From: an uncultured euryarchaeote
Lineage (GTDB): Archaea; Thermoplasmatota; Poseidoniia; Poseidoniales; Poseidoniaceae
Direction of reading: 5' to 3'
Length of the DNA: 59,694 nucleotides
NCBI GenBank assembly: GCA_964014165.1
Contig: CAXGZM010000001.1
Location: 1 to 59,694 of the forward strand
The position numbers and the translations under genes were made by a program. The notes below the pieces were generated by a model. That model saw only the letters and a program-made list of their open reading frames with translations. It did no database searches and had not been told where the DNA came from. Shown here piece after piece: positions 32,348 to 42,000 of the stretch. Each line of letters opens with the position of its first letter. Position 1 is the stretch's first letter.

Positions 32348-33391
32348 ATGAGTGATGGTTCCCGACCGCGCCGGCGACAGCAACAGCGGCGGAACTCATC
32401 CTCAAAGCGTCGCTACGGCGGGCCCAAGCGCTCGCAGCAATTGGAGCGGTTTGCGGCCGATGTTGCTTCGATGAACGCCGAGGCAGAGGCCCGCTTTGAC
32501 CGGACACCTGCACCCATGGCCTTCCCAGAGGACATGGAACCTCCTCGCACCTTTCGTCTCTCGTGGACGCCTGAACCCGTCCCGCTGAAAGCTGAAGAGC
32601 GCGTGGCCAGCATGGTGGTCAAGCGGGGCGATTTCGGGTGGCTCACCGATGAGCGCGTTGACGCCATTGCTTCTCAAGTCGCATCGGAAAACATGACGTT
32701 GGAGCAAGCGCTTTCGCTTCGATCGGCCCTGCTCCAGCAAAAAACGGTGTATTCCCATCATCGCTTGAAGTCAAAAGCCCGTGAACTTGCACGCCTGTAT
32801 CGGGAGGGAACGTCCGTCGTTGAGCTCTCCAAAAAGTACGATTTCCCCCCGGTGAACATCTTTCGCGTTGTACTTGAAGCGATGGGATGGTCGAAGAAAC
32901 GCATCAAGGAAAGCCTGCGCAATCCTTCCTCCATGAAACAACGGGAACGGGATGAATTCGAAGCGGCGGAAGCCGTGGATCGCGTCTCCAGCGTGGACCA
33001 GTCCGAGACCCAGGTCAAAGCCGATCTCTTTGAGGACATCCTCGCCGACTGGTTTGAAGAACAGGGCATTCGTTTGCGTCGACAACCGGAGATGGTCAAA
33101 GAGCAGTCTGAACGATTGGGTCGGCCCGTGCGGACCCCTGACCTGCTGTTTTTGGATCACGTTTACATCAACGACCAACCCGTCGCTTGGATTGATGCGA
33201 AGCACTTCTACGGTGCTGACGTTGAGTTCCAGCGCAAGAAGATGAAGAAGCAGATGAACCGGTACATCGAGGAGTGGGGCAGCGGAGCGATCATGTTCCG
33301 TCACGGGTTTTCAGAAAACCTGTTTCTGCCCGGTGTGTTGATGCTTGACGCCAGCCCAATCGACCTCTCACGCCTCAATCCTGATGATTGA
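32348..33391 (+). CDS. CDIN1/C15orf41-like (TPD-motif) PD-(D/E)xK nuclease-fold protein with basic N-terminal tail and HTH-like middle region
   Basis: The C-terminus RTPDLLFLDHVYINDQPVAWIDAKHFYG...QMNRYIEEWGSGAIMFRHGF matches the TPD ... WIESKA.FG ... fGpG.v.yw.GF pattern I recall for the eukaryotic TPD family. Arg-rich N-terminus. Confidence 0.5.
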   Translation: MSDGSRPRRRQQQRRNSSSKRRYGGPKRSQQLERFAADVASMNAEAEARFDRTPAPMAFPEDMEPPRTFRLSWTPEPVPLKAEERVASMVVKRGDFGWLTDERVDAIASQVASENMTLEQALSLRSALLQQKTVYSHHRLKSKARELARLYREGTSVVELSKKYDFPPVNIFRVVLEAMGWSKKRIKESLRNPSSMKQRERDEFEAAEAVDRVSSVDQSETQVKADLFEDILADWFEEQGIRLRRQPEMVKEQSERLGRPVRTPDLLFLDHVYINDQPVAWIDAKHFYGADVEFQRKKMKKQMNRYIEEWGSGAIMFRHGFSENLFLPGVLMLDASPIDLSRLNPDD

Positions 33392-34403
33392 CCGGTGAAA
33401 TGCTGGTGATGAGGCATTGAAAGCCTCGTTGACGTACGTGTTCACTCAGCGTTTCCAGCGACTCTGTTTCCAGTCCACCGTCCAGCGAGCGAGGAAGAAC
33501 CGCCACCGAACTGCCCAGCATGCAAAGACGAACCGCCATGGTCGACTGCCATCCACCGTCTTGTACGGCCTCGAGGACATGGCGATGAATGCGGGCGCGC
33601 TCCGCTTCATCCAGCATACCCGATGCAGTTGCGAAGGTTCTTGACGCCAACAGGAGGTCAGGCCAACGCCTGACAGACCACGGTTCGGCAGCAAGGGACG
33701 AAACGCCGGCTTCCCCGGCGACGGTAATGGATCGCTGCCATTCCGGGTCATCGATGTACGTCGATGTGTGCCGTTCTTCGAGAGGGTCCCACGCCAGCAG
33801 CACCGGTACGTCGGCCTCGAAGGAGGCGGCTTGACCGGGCCATCCCGGTGCGCCCGGTGCCAACCTCAATTCAACGCCTCCCACCGAAGCTCCAAGCACG
33901 TCCCCGAGTCCCGCTCCGTGAGCACGCTCGATGCGATGCGCGATTTTCAGGTACTGGGTCAACCGCCCGCGCCCCGTTAGTGCGTGAACCAGTCGCCCCG
34001 CAGCGATAAGGCCGGCTGCCGACATCCCAAACCCTTGGCTGGTTGGGCATTCAAGGATGACGTTCATTTCGACCCGCTCGTCTTCGCGCAAGAGCGTCGC
34101 ATCATAGCAAGCCTCAATGAAATCAAGGTAGAGATCGATATGTTCCACGTGTTCGCCGTGCATGTTAGCGACCGAAACGACGGGTGGTTCCGGTGCTTGT
34201 TTTTCGACTCGCTGATCAGGGGTAATGCCCGCATTGTAAACGCCGGCGGAATCGGTCCGATGGAGGGTTCCAGAAATTTCGACACCATGGTGGATGGAGA
34301 ATCCGGCGCCTTTGCTGCCTTGGCTACGCATCAACGCCGTGGATTTGTCGACGGTGAACAGAAGCGTGATGTGGCCACCGCATCGTTGGGTTGTGGTGGT
34401 CAT
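33375..34403 (-). CDS. GHMP-kinase family protein, archaeal pantoate-kinase-like
   Basis: GGHITLLFTV near the N-terminus, GSKGAGFSI, and the GHMP motif TSQGFGMSAAGLIAAG. ATG 34403 avoids overlap with the rpoD stop. Confidence 0.45.
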   Translation of the reverse strand: MTTTTQRCGGHITLLFTVDKSTALMRSQGSKGAGFSIHHGVEISGTLHRTDSAGVYNAGITPDQRVEKQAPEPPVVSVANMHGEHVEHIDLYLDFIEACYDATLLREDERVEMNVILECPTSQGFGMSAAGLIAAGRLVHALTGRGRLTQYLKIAHRIERAHGAGLGDVLGASVGGVELRLAPGAPGWPGQAASFEADVPVLLAWDPLEERHTSTYIDDPEWQRSITVAGEAGVSSLAAEPWSVRRWPDLLLASRTFATASGMLDEAERARIHRHVLEAVQDGGWQSTMAVRLCMLGSSVAVLPRSLDGGLETESLETLSEHVRQRGFQCLITSISPVNHQD

Positions 34404-34446
34404 CCCTTCGTGCGAAGGGGTGCTGGCTGATGAATGCCGCGATGGT

Positions 34447-35379
34447 TCAAGCAAGAGCGGACGCCAGCTCTTCGCTCAGGTTGTTGAAGCGATGCTTGAG
34501 TTCCTCAAGAGCAGCGTTGAACGCAACCTTGGGATCGAGGCTGCCGTCGGTCTCGTAGGAAAACACGTAGGAACCTTCGACGGGTTCGAGGGTGATGGCA
34601 TCGTCAAACGCCGCTTCACGACCGGTTCCCTCGCCCACTTGGTGGAGGGCCTTCTCGAGGTCCATCACGTGGTTGACATCGGTCAATTTCTTGTCTTTTC
34701 CGAAGAGCTTGGCGTTGATGGCCGTGCCGTCGGTGGTGGTCAATCCGAGGTCGAAGAGAACACTGGCCTTCTTTGGCTTGTTGAGAACGGCAATGCGGTG
34801 CGGGCGGAAGCCCACTGCAGCCACAGGCGACCACTTGGCGTGGTCTCGTCCTCGACCGACCACTGCGAAGGCGTAGAATTCGAGGAATTGACCCTTTGCA
34901 AGAACGGTGAGTGGAATCGACTTGTGTTCGTCGCGAATGTCGTAGAAGGGGTCGGAGATGGTCGTAATATCGCCGGCGTAAACGGTCTTGTACTCCTCTT
35001 CAGAGTCAGCCGAGGGGCCTCGGGCAGAGAGGGTGTAGAGCACTTGGCACATCGGGCAACCCCTGTCTCGCTCAACGACATCCTTGCAGTTCGGGCACTG
35101 GTCGGGTGCATACAGCGGCTCCTCGAGGTTGGTGGGAATGGGAATCATGGCCAAACGGTGAGCCAGCACTTCGTCGGGAAGGACGTTCACCGATTCAACG
35201 ACTTCGCCCTTGTTGTCCTGAGTGACGCCTTGGGAGAAGTCCACGCGAGTGATGGCGAGTTTGGGGACGTCGGCGATCAGGGCTCGGCGGATGGCGTTGA
35301 CCTGGGAGGCGTTGGTCTCGCTGATCAGGATTCGAATTTCGTGACCCTGTGGCCAACCTTCAACAATCTCGGTCTTCAT
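34447..35379 (-). CDS. rpoD: DNA-directed RNA polymerase subunit D (Rpo3)
   Basis: NASQVNAIRRALIADVPKLAITRVDF, EVLAHRLAMIPIP, and a Cys cluster CPNCKDV...GCPMCQ. Position after S13-S4-S11 is as in archaeal operons. Confidence 0.85.
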   Translation of the reverse strand: MKTEIVEGWPQGHEIRILISETNASQVNAIRRALIADVPKLAITRVDFSQGVTQDNKGEVVESVNVLPDEVLAHRLAMIPIPTNLEEPLYAPDQCPNCKDVVERDRGCPMCQVLYTLSARGPSADSEEEYKTVYAGDITTISDPFYDIRDEHKSIPLTVLAKGQFLEFYAFAVVGRGRDHAKWSPVAAVGFRPHRIAVLNKPKKASVLFDLGLTTTDGTAINAKLFGKDKKLTDVNHVMDLEKALHQVGEGTGREAAFDDAITLEPVEGSYVFSYETDGSLDPKVAFNAALEELKHRFNNLSEELASALA

Positions 35380-35397
35380 CTCTGTTCAACTCCTTCA

Positions 35398-35784
35398 TCA
35401 GACACGGCGGCCACGTCGGCCACCCTTTTTCTTGGTACCATCGTGGGCGATGGGGGTGACGTCTTCGATTCGGGTGATGGTCATGCCTGCACGAGTCAGT
35501 GCACGAATGGCGGCTTGAGCGCCAGGACCGGTGTTGTTGGACAGGTTGCCACCGGGAGCACGGTACTTGACGATGAGTTCGGTGAACTCCTTGTCCTTCA
35601 GTGCGTCAGCCATGCGTTCGGCGGAACGGGTTGCGGCGAATTGGCCACCCTTGTCCTTGCCGGCCTTCACCACTTCACCGCCGTTGCAGGTGGTGATGGT
35701 TTCGGCACCGGTCAAATCCGTGGCCGTCATGAGGATGTTGTTGTAGGAGCTGAAGATGTTGACAATGGCTTTGCGGGACATCAC
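35398..35784 (-). CDS. rps11: 30S ribosomal protein S11 (uS11)
   Basis: IVNIFSSYNNILMTATD, GPGAQAAIRALTRAGM, DVTPIAHDGTKKKGGRRGRRV. Confidence 0.9.
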   Translation of the reverse strand: MMSRKAIVNIFSSYNNILMTATDLTGAETITTCNGGEVVKAGKDKGGQFAATRSAERMADALKDKEFTELIVKYRAPGGNLSNNTGPGAQAAIRALTRAGMTITRIEDVTPIAHDGTKKKGGRRGRRV

Positions 35785-36431
35785 TCGCCACCTCCTTCAA
35801 TGGCTTCTGTCGAGGCTTCGGCGGCCTCCTTGACTTCTTCTGCGAACTCCGGCGTGGCTTCTGGACTGACGTCCTCGTCTTCGTAGTTGGCAGCCTCGCG
35901 AACACCCTCAATGGCCTTGCGGATGGGGTGGTTGGGGTCGTTGAGCGGGGAGGCGGGATGATAGCGGAGTTCGCCTTCTTCGTCCCGGCTCACGGCGTAG
36001 GAAGGAATGGTGATCTTCTGGTCGCCGATGCAAATTTGTCCGTGCGTGACCAGCTGTCGGGCTTGCTTCATGGTGCAGGCGAGGCCCTTGTAGTACACTT
36101 GCGCTTGGAGGCGGCGGTTCAACACGTCTTCCGTGCTGAGCGAGAGAATGTCGCCAAGGTCGGCATCGGATTCGATGAGTCCTTTGTGGTGAAGCGAGCG
36201 GAGCAGGTCTTCACGCTCTCGCTTACCGTGGCCTTCGGTGGTGTCGATGTTTCCGATCAGGCGCATGGCTTGGCGTCGGTGTCGGCGAAGTTGGGACTTG
36301 GCCTTCCAGATCTCTTTCATGTTCTTGAGACCGTGGTTGCCTTGGATGGCGTGCTCCTCTTCGATTCGGTCAGCCTTCCAGGGGTGAGAAGGCGTGTCGT
36401 ACTTGGGTCGTGAAAACTTTGGCTCTCCCAT
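35781..36431 (-). CDS. rps4: 30S ribosomal protein S4 (uS4) with acidic C-terminal extension
   Basis: MGEPKFSRPKYDTPSHPW, HGLKNMKEIWKA, and an S4 RNA-binding domain. 4-nt overlap with S11. Confidence 0.9.
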   Translation of the reverse strand: MGEPKFSRPKYDTPSHPWKADRIEEEHAIQGNHGLKNMKEIWKAKSQLRRHRRQAMRLIGNIDTTEGHGKREREDLLRSLHHKGLIESDADLGDILSLSTEDVLNRRLQAQVYYKGLACTMKQARQLVTHGQICIGDQKITIPSYAVSRDEEGELRYHPASPLNDPNHPIRKAIEGVREAANYEDEDVSPEATPEFAEEVKEAAEASTEAIEGGGE

Positions 36432-36446
36432 CTTGATTCCTCCTCA

Positions 36447-36923
36447 TCACTTCTTTCGGCTGACACCCAGGGTCAGGCCGCCACGGCCGTTGGAGCGACC
36501 ACGCTGGCCGCGAACTTTGTTGCCGGAGGCGTGTCGGACACCGCGGTAGCACTTCATGGTGCGAAGGCGGTTGATGTCGTCTTGGAGCGTGAATCGGACT
36601 TGTTGTCCGGTGAGGTGAATCTCGTTGCCCGTCTCGAGATCACGCTGCCGGTTGAGCATCCAGAGGGGGACGCTGTCGGCGTACGATTCGATGGCGACTC
36701 GGAGTTGCTCTTGCTGGTCGGTGTCGAGGAAACCGGCGAGGGCGTAGGGGTCGAACCCGGTGTTCTTGCAGATTTGAACGGCGGTACGTGCACCGACGCC
36801 CTTGACGGACGTCAAGGCGGTTGCCAGCGGCTTCAAGCCGTCCATGTCCGTATCTGCCATTCGCAGAATGTAAGAAAAGTCATCACCAAGGTCCTCATCC
36901 TTAGGTCGTGCCATGTCGTTCAC
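36447..36923 (-). CDS. rps13: 30S ribosomal protein S13 (uS13)
   Basis: ILRMADTDMDGLKPLATALTSVKGVGARTA, YRGVRHASGNKVRGQRGRSNGR. GAGGTGA lies 6 nt upstream of the ATG. Confidence 0.9.
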   Translation of the reverse strand: MNDMARPKDEDLGDDFSYILRMADTDMDGLKPLATALTSVKGVGARTAVQICKNTGFDPYALAGFLDTDQQEQLRVAIESYADSVPLWMLNRQRDLETGNEIHLTGQQVRFTLQDDINRLRTMKCYRGVRHASGNKVRGQRGRSNGRGGLTLGVSRKK

Positions 36924-36969
36924 CTCAACGTTAACACCACAGTGTCAAGCATCCCTCCGACCAACCTCC

Positions 36970-36978
36970 CATATATCA
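36970..36978 (-). promoter_or_regulatory. TATA-like element upstream of the S13-S4-S11-rpoD operon
   Basis: The minus strand reads TTGATATATGG ~48 nt upstream of the ATG. The leader contains GAGGTGA. Confidence 0.3.
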
Positions 36979-37022
36979 AGACCGCGATGATGAGATTCGC
37001 GCCACTGAGCCGCGAAACGGGG

Positions 37023-38315
37023 CTAAATTGGGACCGTTTCATCCGACGTGTTGGGAGAAACACAGAGCAAGAGGACCTTGCCGTGAGGGTGGCGAGCAAC
37101 AAAACCGGCTCTGTCCCCGTGCCGCCGCTTGAGTTGTCGGTCGAGCGAGCCCTGCAGTTTTGGCTGAAGCGCCGGGTCCAAATCAAACCGCAGTTTGACC
37201 GAAGAAAGCCGATGTTCGAGAGCGATGGTGACCAGTCGGTCAACCGTGGTCTCGTCCAGCGGAAACGTGAGCAGTTCAACCACCCTTCCCGTGGCTTGAA
37301 CGAGCCGCTTGTCGCTTGGTTTCAATCGAAGCGGTTCATCGTGATGGAGCTGAGGTCGTCGCCCTTCAAGCGTGGCCCAACGGCCTGCATCATCCGGTGT
37401 GACGACCGCTAACCAGTCGGCCATCAATCCACTTTCAAGCAGCGCAGCGTCCAAGATGCTGACGTGTTCGTTCCTCTTGGGAGGGTGATGGCGTTCCTCA
37501 AGGTCGCTGGTGGCTGCGGTTGACCTCAGCACCACGGGCGCCTCGGCCATCGAGGGGGGGACGCGTACGAACCGCCGAGCAGCCTTCGGGTCCGCTACGC
37601 CGCCCAGCCACAAGGCCAACCTGTCAACGCGTCCCCGTCCGCGGGACGTCCATTCCCAGGTTCTTGCAATGCCCGGCCACGTGGCGTCAACCATCGCTTC
37701 CACCTCCGCTCGTTGCGAGGCGGTCAACCGTGGGGACAGGTCGAGCAGGACCGCAGGCCCTGCGTCGGTTTCGGTGAAATGAGGCGCCCAGGCGGTCAGC
37801 ACGCTGTGCAGCGGAGGTTGCATTTCTTCGAGGGCATGCGTGCGACTGTTTCTTGGTCGTGCGGGATCAAGGTGAAGAAACGCCACGGTGGTCAACGGTC
37901 CTTCCAGGGATTGCAGAACACCCTCGGCATCCGTCCCATCCCCGCTGACGATGCGGCTGGTGAGGTACCAATCCTCACTGCCCGCACGGCTGTGTTCAGC
38001 CATTGAACGCACGTTGACCGCACTCGCTCTCGCACGTTCCTCAGCCAGTTCCACCCCGAGAACCGGCCGTTTGAGGGCCGTGCCGTACGCAGCCAGTTGA
38101 ATGCCACTTCCACAGGCGCAGTCCAGCACCCACCCGTCCGGCAGTCCGCTTTGAGCAACCATCCTCGCACGAAGCGCTGCGACCTGCCAGGGCGTCGCCA
38201 GTGGCCGCCCTTCGTTCGCATGATAGAACACCAAGCCCTCCGGAGCAGTGCTGTCTTGAGCGCGTTCAACCAGCCCTTCGGTGGTGGTTTCGCTCGGTGT
38301 CATGCTCCGGTGCAA
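37023..38315 (-). CDS. class I SAM-dependent methyltransferase with large C-terminal extension
   Basis: VLDCACGSGIQLAAYG (motif I), GVELAEERA, FLHLDPARP (motif IV-like). The C-terminal ~230 aa are unassigned; a THUMP-like domain is possible. Confidence 0.5.
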   Translation of the reverse strand: MHRSMTPSETTTEGLVERAQDSTAPEGLVFYHANEGRPLATPWQVAALRARMVAQSGLPDGWVLDCACGSGIQLAAYGTALKRPVLGVELAEERARASAVNVRSMAEHSRAGSEDWYLTSRIVSGDGTDAEGVLQSLEGPLTTVAFLHLDPARPRNSRTHALEEMQPPLHSVLTAWAPHFTETDAGPAVLLDLSPRLTASQRAEVEAMVDATWPGIARTWEWTSRGRGRVDRLALWLGGVADPKAARRFVRVPPSMAEAPVVLRSTAATSDLEERHHPPKRNEHVSILDAALLESGLMADWLAVVTPDDAGRWATLEGRRPQLHHDEPLRLKPSDKRLVQATGRVVELLTFPLDETTVDRLVTIALEHRLSSVKLRFDLDPALQPKLQGSLDRQLKRRHGDRAGFVARHPHGKVLLLCVSPNTSDETVPI

Positions 38316-38324
38316 GGGTTCACC

Positions 38325-38945
38325 TCACAACGCCACGATGTCGGACCGTGTCAGCAGCGATTCAAAGGGGATGCCTGCTTCTGCAAAGGCGGCCTCGGCC
38401 CCTTCTTCCCGGTCAAGGATGCTGATGACGCCGACCACACGGCAGTTCGTGTCTTGATGAATGCGCTCCACGGCAACGATGGACGACCCGCCGGTGGTGG
38501 TCACGTCCTCGACGATCACCACGTCCCCGCCGGTTTCCAAGGAAGTCCCCTCAATCCCGGGTGGGTTGTTCGTTTTTCGCCCCCCTCGGCCTTTCGGGTT
38601 CTTTCGGACCATGAAGCCGCGCAGATCGCTTGGGGCGTGAACCGACGTGACCACGATGGCGGTCAAGGGCACGGCACCCAATTCAAGACCGCCGACGAGG
38701 CTGGCGCCCATCGCTTGAATGCGAAGGTTGAGCAATTCGCCCATGATGCCGGCTGCTTCGGGGTGCATCATGACCGGCTTCGTGTCGAAGAACCAGCGAG
38801 ACTCACGTCCACTGGCAAGGGTGAACGCTGCGTCGTGCCCACCGTCAAGGAAAGCCAATTCGTGGACCAGTTCGGCCAACCTCGGCCAGCGATGATGCTT
38901 GCGAACGGTACCGTGAACGCCCATGCAGGGTTCCTTGGTGGACAC
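38325..38945 (-). CDS. pyrE: orotate phosphoribosyltransferase
   Basis: FTLASGRESRWFFDTK and the PRPP motif VVIVEDVTTTGGS. ATG 38924 is an alternative start. Confidence 0.8.
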   Translation of the reverse strand: MSTKEPCMGVHGTVRKHHRWPRLAELVHELAFLDGGHDAAFTLASGRESRWFFDTKPVMMHPEAAGIMGELLNLRIQAMGASLVGGLELGAVPLTAIVVTSVHAPSDLRGFMVRKNPKGRGGRKTNNPPGIEGTSLETGGDVVIVEDVTTTGGSSIVAVERIHQDTNCRVVGVISILDREEGAEAAFAEAGIPFESLLTRSDIVAL

Positions 38946-39009
38946 GACATGAACTTTCCTTCTTGACTAACGCCATCCCTCGCCACCGAGTTGATGATAA
39001 AGGGTCGGC

Positions 39010-42000
39010 ATGAACTCCTCCCGAGCGACCATGAGCGAGACGGACCAAGGCGTGAGTTTGGGGGCAAAAAACCCCCTCATCGGCGTCGACGTTGAGCGTT
39101 TGGAACAAGAGATGCACACCTATCATCAGTGGCTTGACGAACGGGCCGATGATGCATACAGGGTCGCAGAACAGGCGCGCCAGCAAGGCCTGGACCACAA
39201 GGACAGGGTTGAGATTCCTCGAGCCTCCGATTTGGCAGGTCGAACCGAGAAACTCCTCATCGAACATCTCGAGGGCTACGAAGTCGCCGACGATATTCGC
39301 AACCTGCTGAACGAACACGACCGCGAAACCACGTCCATCATCATCGCCCAGTCGGTTGCTCGCGGATTCCGAGACACGGGATACGACTTGGAGAAATCCA
39401 TCGATGTCGGCCTTCGCGTCGGTCTGGCCGTGTTGACCGAGGCGGTTCTTGTGGCGCCTCTGGAGGGCATCAGTGAGGTTCGCTTGCTCAACAACATCGA
39501 TGGCTCCCAGTTCGTTTCCGTCCATTTTGCAGGTCCAATTCGGGCTGCAGGTGGAACCGCCCAAGCCCTGGCCGTCCTCATCGCCGACATGATTCGCCGG
39601 GAGCTCAACATCGGCCACTACCAGCCCACCGACCCCGAAGTCGAGCGTGTCAAGGAAGAATTTGGCCTCTACCGCGGCAACCTCCAATACCGACCATCGC
39701 CTCAAGAAATCGACGAAATCGTCCGGGCATGCCCGGTGATGATCAACGGTGAATCCACCGAGCGCATTGAATGTGCAGGCTACGGCAACGTTCGAAACAT
39801 CGACGAAGCGCGCATTCGAGGAGGCGTGTTGCTGGTGATCGGCGAAGGCATGTGCTTGAAGGCGCCGAAGATTCAGAAACACACGGAACGACTGAGCGTG
39901 CCAGGTTGGGATTTTGTTGCTCAATTTGCAGCCCGAGGCAAGGAAGTCGATGACCCCGGGAAAGCCACGTTCAAGAGTCAACAAATTCAGCCGATTACCA
40001 AGTTCATGAAGGACATCATCGCCGGGCGACCGGTCTTCGGTGCGCCGCTTCAACCCGGAGGCTTTCGACTTCGCTACGGTCGTGCACGACCGTCAGGTTT
40101 GGCTGCGGCATCGACCAACACCGCTTCGATGCTTGCTCTGGATGATTTCATCACCATCGGGACACAGATGAAAATTGAGCGCCCGGGGAAGGCCTGCGCC
40201 ATCACGCCCTGCGACGAGGCAGAAGGCCCGTGGGTTGTCTTGGAGGACGGACGATTCTTGCGCGTTGACGAACCTTCAGCCTACGCCGGTCTTCGCCATC
40301 GGGTCAAACAGGTGTGGGACAACGGAGAGTTGGTCATCGGGTACGGTGAATTCATGGAGAACAACAAGCGTCTCGTGCCGGCCGGCTACACGATGGACTG
40401 GTGGGCCAGCGACATGCTCGAAAACCTTCTGGGCGAGGAGGAGATCAATGCTTTCCTCGACGTGCTGGGTGAAACCAGGTCCGATTGGCCTTCGGGCATC
40501 CCTGGTTTGCCACCCGCTGAAGCCGAGGACGGACGAACCCAATTCTGGGTTCGATGCGACTGGCACGAGCGTTTGCGCCGGTGCGATTTGACATGGTCGC
40601 AGGCTCAACGTTTTGCTCGTCGCTTTGCGACCTCGCTCCCGCCCCCCCACAACCCGTGGTTCAAGGACCTCCCCATCGAGTGGCTCCCCGCTTTTTTGAC
40701 TCAGATTGAATTGGCCGTCATTGAAACTCAATCGGCTGACGAACACGCACCCAACGGCGCTCGTCCGCCGCCCGGCGAACGTCGTCTGCGAATGCCCGGT
40801 GGAGCGCGAGATTGGACCGCAGCGATGATGGACGAACTTGAGCCAGAAACGCTTCCATCGCTCGACACCGTACAGCTCCCGGGACCTCACGGTGAACCCG
40901 AAGCGCCGATCATGTCCAGTGCACTGCCTGAAGGCTGGACCCTTCACCAGCACGGCTTGGTCAAGGGCGCCATGATGTTGCTTGGCTTGCCTCATCATCA
41001 TGAGGGTGATGACTTGGTCGTGAGCGCAGGATGGGAAGCACTGCTGGAGGGGCTCGGGTTCTCCTTCGAGGGGGACCGCCCGCTGCGGACAAAAAACGCT
41101 CAGCATGTCGCAGCAGAGCGAATCCATGCGTTGCGCCAAGCCAAGGAGGTGTTGGACGAGGAGCGCGCTCGAAAGGGAGTCCTGGAAAAAGAGCGCGCCA
41201 CCGTTCGTATCGCAGCGGAAACCGGTGCTCGCCAACGCGGTTTGGGCATTGCAGAAACCGACCAGGTGGGTCGAGATGCCGCAGCCTCGGTCCCCGACGA
41301 GGGTCCACGCGACCCTGCTGCGTACCTTGCAGCCCAACGCCTTGAGGACGAGCACGCTGTTGAGGGCATCATGGTGCTGGTTCGTTCCCTCTCAGACCTT
41401 CGATGGGAACACAGTGCGCCCGTCCGCGTCGGCTGCAGAATGGGGCGTCCTGAGAAGGCAGCCCCGCGGGTCATGAACCCCATGACCCATTCGCTGTTCC
41501 CCATCGAATTGAACGGCGGGAACCAGCGTCTGCTCAACAACGCCATCGACAAACGAACCATCCGGGTTCAACTCGGTCGACGTACGTGCACGGTCTGCGG
41601 CAAAGAATCCCCTTACCTGCGTTGTCACCACCGTGCCGTTGACGATCACGGCGAGAGCAAAGCAGGTGAAACCTGTGGCGGCCTCACCACGGCCAATCCT
41701 TCGAAATCCAACGCTTATCGGCGCGGTGAAGTCCAATCGGTGCGCATGGATGAGATGGTGGAGGACGCCCGCATTCGTCTCGGAATTGACCGTCTGCCGG
41801 CACAGGTCAAGTGCGTGAAGAAACTCAACAGCCGGGATCAAACACCCGAGGCCATCGAAAAGGGCATTCTTCGTGCAAAACACGAGCTGCCGGTCTTCAG
41901 GGACGGCACGGTTCGCTACGACATGAGTGACGTGCCGACCACCCATTTCACGCCGCGAGAGGTTGGCGTGCCGTGGAAGACCTTGCACGGGCTGGGCTAC

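Noticed and set aside
40600-41400. Possible intein or mobile insertion in the long (1372-aa) PolD DP2
   Set aside because: The extra length is Pro/Ala/Arg/Glu-rich low-complexity linker sequence. It has no Cys/Ser-start or His-Asn-end splicing blocks and no homing-endonuclease motifs.
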